Position numbers and translations under genes: made by a program | Source of the DNA: Candidatus Omnitrophota bacterium | Lineage (GTDB): Bacteria; Omnitrophota; Gorgyraeia; Zapsychrales; Zapsychraceae | Direction of reading: 5' to 3' | DNA: 64,000 nucleotides | NCBI GenBank assembly: GCA_029261065.1 | Contig: JAJDCB010000022.1 | Span: forward strand, 443 to 64,442 | Part shown: piece by piece, positions 38,845 through 46,633 of the stretch | Numbering within the stretch: position 1 is the first letter of the stretch | Layout of the letters: each line of letters begins with the position of its first letter | The notes under the pieces: generated by a model | Seen by the model: the letters and a program-made list of their open reading frames with translations, nothing else | Databases searched by the model: none | Told to the model about the DNA's origin: nothing

Positions 38845-40449
38845 ATGGGATCATTTGAAAAATTAGGATTATCACAAGACACTCTTGGTGTATTAAAGCG
38901 TAAAGGTTTTGAAGAACCTACGCCCATACAAGAAAAGGCGATTCCCGCCGTATTATTAGGGAAAAAAGATATTGTTGGGCAAGCTCAGACAGGGACTGGA
39001 AAAACGGCGGCTTTTGGATTGCCTATTATTGAGTTATTAAAAGAGAAGTCAAAAGCTGTTCAGGCCATTGTTCTAGCTCCAACCCGCGAGTTGGCTATTC
39101 AGGTGGCTGAGGAGATGCATTCTCTAAAGGGAAAGAAAAAGTTAAGTATTATTCCTATTTATGGTGGGCAATCTATCGATCTTCAGTTAAGACGATTACG
39201 TAAAGGTGTTGATATCGTTGTTGGTACACCAGGGCGAGTATTAGATCATCTTAAAAGACGGACATTAAAATTAGATCAGATTTCTTTTATGGTATTAGAT
39301 GAAGCGGATGAAATGTTGAATATGGGATTTTTTGAGGATGTTAAAGCCATTATGGATCAGACTTCGCAAGACAAACGTGTGATGCTATTTTCTGCTACGA
39401 TGCCTAATGAAATTATGCAAATTTCTAAAAAGTATATGAAGGATTATGAAATTCTCAAAGTGGTCTCTGATCAGCTAACAGGTAGTCGAACCGATCAATT
39501 ATATTTTGAAGTGGCGGCCCAAGATAAATTTGAATCTTTATGTCGCATTATTGATATTGAAGATAATTTTTATGGGCTTGTATTTTGTCGAACAAAAATT
39601 GATGTTGATAAAGTGGCTAATCATCTTATGGAACGCGGTTATGATTCAGCCGCCCTTCATGGAGACATGTCGCAAACGTTAAGAGAAAGAATTTTAAATA
39701 AGTTTAAAAAAAGACAAGTTAACATTCTTGTTGCAACAGATGTCGCGGCCCGAGGTATTGATGTTCAGGATATATCACATGTCATCAATTTTGCTCTTCC
39801 TCAAGATTCTGAATCGTATGTTCACAGAATTGGACGCACGGGTCGTGCGGGTAAGGAAGGCGTTGCGATTACTTTTGTGACACCAGAAGAATATCGAAAG
39901 CTAAAAGTTATCACAAGAAAAGTAAAGACAGATATTCGTAAGGCTAAGCTTCCTAAAGTTAGCGATATTATTGAATCAAAGCGAAAAAAGATTAAAACGC
40001 AGTTAGGGGAAATCGTTCGTTCTGATCGAAAGCAAGAATATACCGATCTTGCTCAAGAACTTTTAAAGGAAAATGACTCCCAAGAGATATTGGGAGCCTT
40101 GTTACAACATACATTTCAAGGTGTGCTAGATGTCAGCAGTTATGCTCTAGTTGAAGAAGGGGTTGTTGATAGAAAGGGTAAGACTCGACTTTTTGTTCAG
40201 CAGGGAAAAGATAATGGGCTGACTAACGCGAAGCTTGTTAAAATTATTGTAGATAAATGTTCCATTACAAGTGAAAAAATTCGCGATATTCAAATTTTTG
40301 ATAGATTTGCGTTTGTCACGTTGCCGTTTCATGAAGCAGAAACGGTTCTAAGTTTTTTTAAGAGAAATAGACAGTCAGGCTTTTATATTACAAAAGCAAA
40401 GCAAGATCGTACACGTACAAGTGCACGTACACGTACACGAAGACGATAA
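38845..40449 (+). CDS. DEAD-box ATP-dependent RNA helicase (DeaD/CsdA-like) with a C-terminal DbpA-type RNA-binding domain
   Basis: Q motif, Walker A AQTGTGKT, DEAD (VLDEAD), SAT, HRIGRTGR. C-terminal DbpA-like domain and a basic RTRTRRR tail. Confidence 0.95.
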   Translation: MGSFEKLGLSQDTLGVLKRKGFEEPTPIQEKAIPAVLLGKKDIVGQAQTGTGKTAAFGLPIIELLKEKSKAVQAIVLAPTRELAIQVAEEMHSLKGKKKLSIIPIYGGQSIDLQLRRLRKGVDIVVGTPGRVLDHLKRRTLKLDQISFMVLDEADEMLNMGFFEDVKAIMDQTSQDKRVMLFSATMPNEIMQISKKYMKDYEILKVVSDQLTGSRTDQLYFEVAAQDKFESLCRIIDIEDNFYGLVFCRTKIDVDKVANHLMERGYDSAALHGDMSQTLRERILNKFKKRQVNILVATDVAARGIDVQDISHVINFALPQDSESYVHRIGRTGRAGKEGVAITFVTPEEYRKLKVITRKVKTDIRKAKLPKVSDIIESKRKKIKTQLGEIVRSDRKQEYTDLAQELLKENDSQEILGALLQHTFQGVLDVSSYALVEEGVVDRKGKTRLFVQQGKDNGLTNAKLVKIIVDKCSITSEKIRDIQIFDRFAFVTLPFHEAETVLSFFKRNRQSGFYITKAKQDRTRTSARTRTRRR

Positions 40450-40453
40450 GACT

Positions 40454-41170
40454 ATGATTAATTTATTAGATGGTGATATTCAACATTCTAATCTTTTTGT
40501 TCATATGCCTTTGTTCGACGAAATCTTTTACGAAGGATTTCTAGAGGGAAAGGTAAGAAAGTATAGAGCTGTTCGTGAAGATCAACCTTGTCAGATATTA
40601 GTGCTTAATGTTATCCGCAAAGATGAAGATGTTGTTTGGGATGCGATGGAAGATTTGTTAAAACGTAGTGTCATTGAAGCCAAGCATAGTGCACATGGGG
40701 TATATGTCTTAGATTTGTTAACACTCGATATTCATAGTGAAATTCAAACGTTTAATCCTAATGAACTTACAACAACTATTCTTAATCATACACGTAAGTG
40801 TGCGCCTGGCGAACAGCGGCTAATCAAATATTCATCTGTGTATGGAATGTTACAAAAGACACTTGCTGAAGATTGGGGGAAAATTATTTTTAAAACGGCT
40901 GTTGAGGTTTTTAAAGATAAGCCCCACTTTCTAGACGTTTTGGTAAAACAATTGTTGAAAAACTTTGAGTTTTCCAACGATCCTGGTATTCTACTGTTAA
41001 ACGATCTGAGTTTAGATCCCCTTTTTAATGCTGAAGATTCACTTCAGGTTGAACGTTTAAATAAAGTTATTGAAAAACAAATACCTAAATCTATTGATTT
41101 CCCGCCTGAGGTTTATATTCAAGATAAAAATGGTGTTAGAGAGTTACTCTCAGGCTCGGTCATCCATTAA
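40454..41170 (+). CDS. Hypothetical cytoplasmic protein
   Basis: ATG at 40454 just after the helicase stop. No recognised domain. Confidence 0.45.
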   Translation: MINLLDGDIQHSNLFVHMPLFDEIFYEGFLEGKVRKYRAVREDQPCQILVLNVIRKDEDVVWDAMEDLLKRSVIEAKHSAHGVYVLDLLTLDIHSEIQTFNPNELTTTILNHTRKCAPGEQRLIKYSSVYGMLQKTLAEDWGKIIFKTAVEVFKDKPHFLDVLVKQLLKNFEFSNDPGILLLNDLSLDPLFNAEDSLQVERLNKVIEKQIPKSIDFPPEVYIQDKNGVRELLSGSVIH

Positions 41171-41192
41171 AAGTTGATATAAAAATTACGCA

Positions 41193-42107
41193 ATGCCTCT
41201 TCCAGTAAAAAAAAGAGACCTTTTAAATACCCTTGCCATTACAAGTCTATTTTTCGTCCAATGGATTATCAGTCATCTCCCCTTTAAATTTGTTAGTTTT
41301 TTTATGGAAATTCAATTTAACATCGCTTGTTTAATGATGCCACGTGTGTCTAATATTTGCGAAAGAACTTTGGAGTCCGTGTATGGGGCTTCAAAAACTA
41401 AAAGTGAATATAAAGAAATGAGATGCGAGTGTATTAAAAACATTGGTCGATGTATGATTGATTTGAATTATTACCTGGATCATACAGACCTTCTGGCCAA
41501 GAGATCGACTGTGCATAATGAACATCATTTACAAAAAGCATTGGAGGCAGGAAAGGGCGCGATTGTTATTACGGGTCATATGGGAAATTTTCCTTTGATG
41601 TTTGTTCAACTTATTAAGATGGGATATAAGGTAAATGTTGTTATTCGGCCTATGCGCAGTAACGCATTTGGTGATTTTATGTATCGTTTGTGTGCGCGAG
41701 GCGAAGTTAATATGATAGAGACTTCTCCTCCAAGAGAGTTTTTTAAGCGGTCTTTAACAGCATTGAGAAATAATGAATTGTTATTTATTTTGTATGATGA
41801 GCCTTTGGAGGCGGGAGATGGTGCTGAGGTGGATTTTTTAGGAGGAAAAGTAGTAAGACCTAGGGGTCCTTTGATGTTACATGAAAGGTCCAAAGCTCCT
41901 ATTTTGCCGATGTTTATTGTCAAAGATGAAAAGTCTCACTTTCAAATATTTATAGAAGATGTGTTAGCTGTTGGGCAATCTAATACCGAAAGAGATAACT
42001 ATATATCTCAATTAACGCAGACGATTGAGGAATATGTACGTAAATACCCGTTACAATGGGGTGGTTGGTTAAACAAAAGAAATATTAGAAGCAGTGTTTC
42101 CAAATGA
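41193..42107 (+). CDS. Lipid A biosynthesis late acyltransferase-family (LpxL/HtrB-like lysophospholipid acyltransferase)
   Basis: Catalytic HX4D-type motif in ITGHMGNFPLM. C-terminal YPLQWGGW motif typical of the LpxL family. Confidence 0.7.
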   Translation: MPLPVKKRDLLNTLAITSLFFVQWIISHLPFKFVSFFMEIQFNIACLMMPRVSNICERTLESVYGASKTKSEYKEMRCECIKNIGRCMIDLNYYLDHTDLLAKRSTVHNEHHLQKALEAGKGAIVITGHMGNFPLMFVQLIKMGYKVNVVIRPMRSNAFGDFMYRLCARGEVNMIETSPPREFFKRSLTALRNNELLFILYDEPLEAGDGAEVDFLGGKVVRPRGPLMLHERSKAPILPMFIVKDEKSHFQIFIEDVLAVGQSNTERDNYISQLTQTIEEYVRKYPLQWGGWLNKRNIRSSVSK

Positions 42108-42127
42108 CATTATTTTCTTTATAATAT

Positions 42128-42679
42128 TTGATACCTATGGAAGGCAGCGCTTTGAAGACAAAAAAAATAAAATTGATTCTTGGTCATGCAGGCAAACAAC
42201 ACGATGATGCTTTAACTTTAGATATTGATTCTCAGCATAATCCAGACGTTGTGCATGATTTAAACACTGTTCCCTATCCTTTTAAAGATAACCAATTTGA
42301 AATTATTGTCTGCCATCACGTTCTTGAACACTTAAACGATCTTCCGCCAGTTATGGATGAGTTGTATCGTATTTGTTCGCCGCAAGGAGAAGTTTGTATT
42401 GAAGTGCCTCATCATAGTTCTTGGATGGCTGATGTGCCAGAACATAAATTGCGTTTTAATTACTTTGCTTTTGATGGTTATATTAAGGATGGAACCAATA
42501 AGTGGCTTTTGGGTAAAAAATATAGATGTCTTAAAAAAGAAATTACTTTTCATAGACGTTTTAGGCGATTAGGTTTGCATAAACTTTTTAATCGTTATCC
42601 AAAAGAGTATGAAAGTTTTTGGAAATTTATGTGTCCAGCTGAACATCTTAAGGTAACGCTACAACCTTTAAAGGATTAA
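42128..42679 (+). CDS. Class I SAM-dependent methyltransferase-like protein
   Basis: Region DVVHDLNTVPYPFKDNQFEIIVCHHVLEHL matches the motif II/III region of small Methyltransf_11/23-type enzymes. Confidence 0.5.
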   Translation: MIPMEGSALKTKKIKLILGHAGKQHDDALTLDIDSQHNPDVVHDLNTVPYPFKDNQFEIIVCHHVLEHLNDLPPVMDELYRICSPQGEVCIEVPHHSSWMADVPEHKLRFNYFAFDGYIKDGTNKWLLGKKYRCLKKEITFHRRFRRLGLHKLFNRYPKEYESFWKFMCPAEHLKVTLQPLKD

Positions 42680-42681
42680 CC

Positions 42682-43065
42682 ATGGACGATGATCTAAAAC
42701 CATTTTTTATTGCAACAGAAAAAGACGATTTCATTATTGTAGAGATGGGTGGGGTTCTTAATGCATCCACGGCTCCAGAATCACGAAAGATGATTGAGGC
42801 TATAATTGAGAAGCATGAGATATATAAACGCAGAAATTTAAAAATATTAGTTGATTACAAGCAGGTCAAAGATGTAGATAGTTCTACTATTGCTGGTATC
42901 CTCGATCGAATTAACGAACACAAGAAGCATTATCATACCATTGCTTTTATTAATGTTCCGGAAGATTTTAAAAGTATTATCGAAATTAATAAGTTGGAGG
43001 GTGAGGTTTTAATTTTTGATACGGAGAAAGAGGCGATCTTGGAGTTAAAGAAGAAGTCTCAATAG
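42682..43065 (+). CDS. STAS-domain protein (anti-sigma-factor antagonist-like)
   Basis: SpoIIAA-like pattern (FIIVEMGGVLNASTAPESRKMIEAII...VDSSTIAGIL). Confidence 0.55.
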   Translation: MDDDLKPFFIATEKDDFIIVEMGGVLNASTAPESRKMIEAIIEKHEIYKRRNLKILVDYKQVKDVDSSTIAGILDRINEHKKHYHTIAFINVPEDFKSIIEINKLEGEVLIFDTEKEAILELKKKSQ

Positions 43066-43088
43066 ATAATCAAGGGTATTAAACCTAT

Positions 43089-43122
43089 CTGGAATTTCGT
43101 TAAAGCTTCGAAATTCCTAAAT
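43089..43122. repeat. 34-nt interspersed hairpin repeat, copy 2 (inverted relative to copy 1)
   Basis: ctggaatttcgttaaagcttcgaaattcctaaat is the exact reverse complement of 34167..34200. Confidence 0.7.
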
Positions 43123-43161
43123 AAACGTAGTTTTGGCAAAATAGAGATAAGCCTTTTTTTG

Positions 43162-43190
43162 TTGACGAACTAGTAATCTTGATTCATAAT
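43162..43190 (+). promoter_or_regulatory. Sigma70-like promoter TTGACG-17-CATAAT for the second cold-shock gene
   Basis: Hexamers and 17-nt spacing read directly from the sequence. Leader is about 125 nt. Confidence 0.55.
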
Positions 43191-43226
43191 TTGGATTGAG
43201 TAAATGAAGCATGCGGGATCTTTAAC

Positions 43227-43262
43227 CGCCAGGAAAGTGTTCTGGTTCTTGGCGTGTTTTTT
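43227..43262 (+). terminator. Hairpin plus T-run inside the second csp leader (candidate attenuator)
   Basis: Stem cgccaggaa / ttcttggcg (one G-U pair) followed by tgtttttt. Confidence 0.45.
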
Positions 43263-43317
43263 AGTTCTTCTGCTTACTGTTATTTGCTCGTTAATTTTTA
43301 AAAGGAGGCAGTAAATA

Positions 43318-43518
43318 ATGGTAAAAGGAACAGTAAAGTGGTTTAGTAACCAAAAAGGCTATGGTTTCATTACACCAGAGTCAGGTAAAGATGTGTTTGT
43401 TCACCACTCAGAAATTCAAGGAGATGGCTACAAAACATTGGAAGAAGGAGAAGCGGTTGAGTTTGAGGTTGAGGATGGAGAAAAAGGTGAGCAAGCTAAA
43501 AATGTCGTAAAATCATAA
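43318..43518 (+). CDS. cspA: Cold-shock protein (CspA family), second copy
   Basis: 66 aa. RNP1/RNP2 motifs KGYGFI and VFVHH. Shine-Dalgarno context identical to the first csp. Confidence 0.95.
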   Translation: MVKGTVKWFSNQKGYGFITPESGKDVFVHHSEIQGDGYKTLEEGEAVEFEVEDGEKGEQAKNVVKS

Positions 43519-43534
43519 TTGAAATAAAAGAAAA

Positions 43535-43563
43535 GGCCCAGCCAAAAGCTGGGTCTTTTTTTA
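43535..43563 (+). terminator. Rho-independent terminator
   Basis: Stem gcccagc / gctgggt followed by a T9 run. Confidence 0.75.
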
Positions 43564-43873
43564 TGCAAAAAATGGGATCTTTAAGCTCCACTTTAAAAAT
43601 TCCTTGACTTTTAAATGAATTTTTAATAAAGTGTTTTTAAATAAGTTGACATCTAACTTATTTAATTAAGAAAATATTTTATTTTCTTATCACCCAAGTC
43701 TAATCATTTGGAAGGATTTGGGTTTTTATTTCACAATATATAAGTTGATATACGACTTATTTGTATTGATACATTGATATATTTTTATATAAGTTTAATG
43801 TTATCAGTAATTTACGCGTCTAGATGTGCGGAGCAAATTTTTTTAATTACTTTAATCAACAATGGAGGAGTAA

Positions 43874-45235
43874 ATGAAGAAGGTTAGAATATTGGTTGCA
43901 GCAATTATGATTTTGTTATTAATGGGGCAGCCCGTGTTTGCTAATGATGTTGGCGAATTAAAAGCGATGGTTGAGCAATTGCGTCATGATTATGAGACAA
44001 AAATCGAATTTCTTGAGTCGAAGATTGAACAGCTAGAATCTAATCATAATCAGCAAGTTCAAGAACAGGTAGCTGAGTTAACCGAACAAATCAAAGAAGA
44101 TATTAAAGAAGAAAGTATGAACGTAGAATACGTTGGCCGGCACAACGCCGATTTTGGACATGGTGGGGTTGTTGTTGATAGTTTGATGGGTGATGCGCAA
44201 GTTGCTGTTGGTGGTTATACAGATATGGAATATCGAGATTTAAATAATTCCGAATCAACGTTTCGTCAACATCGGTTTGTTATTAATGTGGCAGCTCAAG
44301 TGACAGATCGTATTCGTTTTAATTCGGAATTTGAACTCGAGTATGGCGGTCCTGATGCTGCCGCTGGTGATGGAGAGGCAAAAGTTGAGCAAGCGTATGT
44401 GGATTATCTTATTAATGATATGATTAATGTTCGCGGTGGAGCGATTTTAGCGCCGTTTGGTCGTTATAATCTTTATCACGATTCTGATTCAGTAGATTTA
44501 ACAGACAGACCTTTGCTGGCACGTGACATTATTCCAACAACGTGGACAGAGGCTGGTTTCGGATTGTTTGGAGAGTTTGATCCTGTCTTTGGTTCTTATG
44601 AAGATATGTTAGTTAATTATGAAGTCTATGCGGTTAATGGACTTGATGCGGGTTTTTCAGATACAGGATTTCGAGGAGCGCGTAATAGTTTAAAAACAGA
44701 TAACAATGACGGTAAAGCCGTTGTTGGGCGAGCCGTTCTCAGCCCTTTTCTTAGCCAAGAGTTTGGAGTCAGTGGCTACTGGGGAGAATACAATGGTTCA
44801 GGAGATGCGATCACCGGTGTTGCTTTTGATACCTTTAATTCGTTAGGCCCTGTTGAACTTATTTCAGAGTATGCCTATTTTGATGTTGAAGAATCTCCAA
44901 CAGCATCAAGTGATGTGGCCAATTATTTACAAGGGGCGTATGTTCAATTGAATTATCATTTCTGGCCTAAATTTTTAAATGGTACGTTTTTAGGAAGAAA
45001 CTTTGAGGATCCTACCTTTACACTTGTTAGTCGCTATGGATGGGCCAATATTAAAGATGATATTGATGCAGCCTCAGGTGACAACGAAGAAAAACGTTAT
45101 ACTTTTGGTTTCAATTATCGTCCTATTGATAACTTTGTCGTAAAGTTTGAATATCAATTGAATGATACGGATAACGAATCTCTTGAGGCCGGAGATGGGG
45201 ATGGTTTTATAACATCTTTTGCATTAGGATTTTAA
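43874..45235 (+). CDS. Outer-membrane porin-like beta-barrel with an N-terminal coiled coil (Porin_O_P-like)
   Basis: Signal peptide, coiled coil (LKAMVEQLRHDYETKIEFLESKIEQLE), amphipathic beta strands and a C-terminal ..FALGF. Confidence 0.55.
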   Translation: MKKVRILVAAIMILLLMGQPVFANDVGELKAMVEQLRHDYETKIEFLESKIEQLESNHNQQVQEQVAELTEQIKEDIKEESMNVEYVGRHNADFGHGGVVVDSLMGDAQVAVGGYTDMEYRDLNNSESTFRQHRFVINVAAQVTDRIRFNSEFELEYGGPDAAAGDGEAKVEQAYVDYLINDMINVRGGAILAPFGRYNLYHDSDSVDLTDRPLLARDIIPTTWTEAGFGLFGEFDPVFGSYEDMLVNYEVYAVNGLDAGFSDTGFRGARNSLKTDNNDGKAVVGRAVLSPFLSQEFGVSGYWGEYNGSGDAITGVAFDTFNSLGPVELISEYAYFDVEESPTASSDVANYLQGAYVQLNYHFWPKFLNGTFLGRNFEDPTFTLVSRYGWANIKDDIDAASGDNEEKRYTFGFNYRPIDNFVVKFEYQLNDTDNESLEAGDGDGFITSFALGF

Positions 45236-45237
45236 GA

Positions 45238-45822
45238 ATGAACAAAGTTTCTTTTTCAAATAATGTTCGTAATGGAAGGGTTGTATTTTTATTGCTAGCC
45301 GTGTTTATCAGCAGCCTGCTAATATCATCGAATATTTATGCTGAAGAAATACTCATATCACGGGATAAAGCCTTAGCCCAAGCTTTTCCAAATGCTAGCC
45401 GTTTTACAAAAGAAGAATTTGTTCTCACCCCAGATCAAATAAGGAAATTAAAAACTGAAGCCAAGATTCGGATTGGTCCGAAACATCAATCGAAAATCAC
45501 CTTGTTTACCGCCAAAAAAGACGAGCAGGTTCTTGGTTATGTCTTTGAAGATGTTGTTCTGGGTAAGTGGGGTATCATTCATTATGTGTTGGCATTGAAT
45601 AAAAAGGGCGCCGTCTTAAAGGTGATCATTCTCGATTATTCAGAGATCCGAGGTCGTCCGATTGCCAGAAATCGGTTCTTAAAGCAATATAAAGGAAAGA
45701 CTTACAGAAATCCTGTGCGCTTAAAAAAAGACATTGATGGCATCTCAGGAGCAACCATATCATCTCGTTCTATTACAGATGGTATCCGAAAATTGTTACA
45801 TATTTTTAAAGATTACAAATAA
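45238..45822 (+). CDS. FMN-binding-domain protein (membrane-anchored/periplasmic), likely covalently flavinylated
   Basis: C-terminal DGISGATISSRSITDG matches the FMN_bind [S/T]GAT flavinylation motif. N-terminal signal/anchor. Confidence 0.65.
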   Translation: MNKVSFSNNVRNGRVVFLLLAVFISSLLISSNIYAEEILISRDKALAQAFPNASRFTKEEFVLTPDQIRKLKTEAKIRIGPKHQSKITLFTAKKDEQVLGYVFEDVVLGKWGIIHYVLALNKKGAVLKVIILDYSEIRGRPIARNRFLKQYKGKTYRNPVRLKKDIDGISGATISSRSITDGIRKLLHIFKDYK

Positions 45823-45841
45823 ATTCTTACCTATTTTTGGG

Positions 45842-45872
45842 TTGACACAGCATTGTTGTTTGATTACAATCA
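45842..45872 (+). promoter_or_regulatory. Candidate feo promoter TTGACA-17-TACAAT with an overlapping Fur-box-like palindrome TGATTacAATCA (45861..45872)
   Basis: Hexamers read directly from the sequence. The palindrome overlaps the -10. A second inverted repeat aataagt..acttatt lies just downstream. Confidence 0.4.
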
Positions 45873-45915
45873 AATAAGTCATTTGAGAACTTATTTCAAT
45901 GAGAAGTGCGAATGG

Positions 45916-45941
45916 ACCCCGCCAAAGGCGTGGTTTTTTTC
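45916..45941 (+). terminator. GC-rich hairpin plus T7 run (accccgcc aaa ggcgtggt tttttt) in the feo leader
   Basis: Stem with one mismatch. Member of the CCCCGC..GCGGGG hairpin family seen at 55401 and 56893. Confidence 0.5.
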
Positions 45942-45956
45942 TAGGAGAATGTGGTT

Positions 45957-46097
45957 ATGCAAATGGCTGTCGTTATATTATTAATCATTTTGAGTGTGCT
46001 TTATTTAACCAGGCATTTTCTTTTAAAATTCACACAGACAAAAAATGGCGGTTGTTCAACGTGTGGTGTCGATAAGAGTGACAACAAAGGACTATAA
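45957..46097 (+). CDS. FeoB-associated Cys-rich membrane protein (small TM peptide with a C-terminal GGCSxCG motif)
   Basis: 46-aa ORF MQMAVVILLIILSVLYLTRHFLLKFTQTKNGGCSTCGVDKSDNKGL, absent from the ORF track. RBS aggag 9 nt upstream. TAATG overlap with feoA. Confidence 0.55.
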   Translation: MQMAVVILLIILSVLYLTRHFLLKFTQTKNGGCSTCGVDKSDNKGL

Positions 46098-46351
46098 TGG
46101 AAACAGATTATCTTCAAGCAGATAACAGTACTGAAAAAAATCTTTGTGATGTTAGTTGTGGTGCTTGTGTTCGTATTACAGAACTTGTAGGTGACCCCGA
46201 ACTGTGTAAACGCCTTCGAGAGATGGGGCTTTGTGAGAGTGAAAGTATTCGAAAAGTTTCTGATCAAGGCGCTTTAATCTGTGATGTCAAAAATAGTCGT
46301 GTTGCTATTAGTCAACACGTCGCTCAAAGTATTAAAGTTCTTGAAATTTAA
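46097..46351 (+). CDS. feoA: FeoA-domain protein
   Basis: About 84-aa SH3-like FeoA pattern (ITELVGDPELCKRLREMGLCESESIRKV). Confidence 0.7.
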   Translation: METDYLQADNSTEKNLCDVSCGACVRITELVGDPELCKRLREMGLCESESIRKVSDQGALICDVKNSRVAISQHVAQSIKVLEI

Positions 46352-46373
46352 TAATCCTCTATAAAAACTCACC

Positions 46374-46622
46374 ATGAACGCTGTGCAAAAAGAATCAAAA
46401 TTATTAAGTGATCTAAAAAAAGGCGATCAAGCTGAAATCGTCAATTTTGTTGACGATGGTCCTCTTTCACAACGACTAGCAGAGATGGGTGTGACCCCGG
46501 GTGAAAAAGTTGAGATTATTCGTTTTGCTCCTTTAGGTGATCCTATTGAAATCAAAATCAGAGGCTATAATCTTTCATTACGTAAAGAAGAAGCCGATCT
46601 CATCAAAGTAAGCATGTCATAA
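46374..46622 (+). CDS. feoA: FeoA-domain protein (second copy)
   Basis: FeoA pattern (AEIVNFVDDGPLSQRLAEMGVTPGEKVEIIRFAPLGDPIEIKIRGY). Confidence 0.8.
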   Translation: MNAVQKESKLLSDLKKGDQAEIVNFVDDGPLSQRLAEMGVTPGEKVEIIRFAPLGDPIEIKIRGYNLSLRKEEADLIKVSMS

Positions 46623-46633
46623 CCCTATTTGCT

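Noticed and set aside
43639-43663. Inverted repeat aaataagtt-N7-aacttattt overlapping a TTGACA upstream of the porin gene as a defined operator/promoter
   Set aside because: No acceptable -10 hexamer lies at the right spacing. In this AT-rich region such repeats arise easily.
46001-46267. 88-aa minus-strand ORF in the feo leader region
   Set aside because: The + strand carries a better-supported 46-aa FeoB-associated-type peptide with an RBS, followed by a FeoA-domain ORF translationally coupled to it. The minus ORF has a low-complexity translation.
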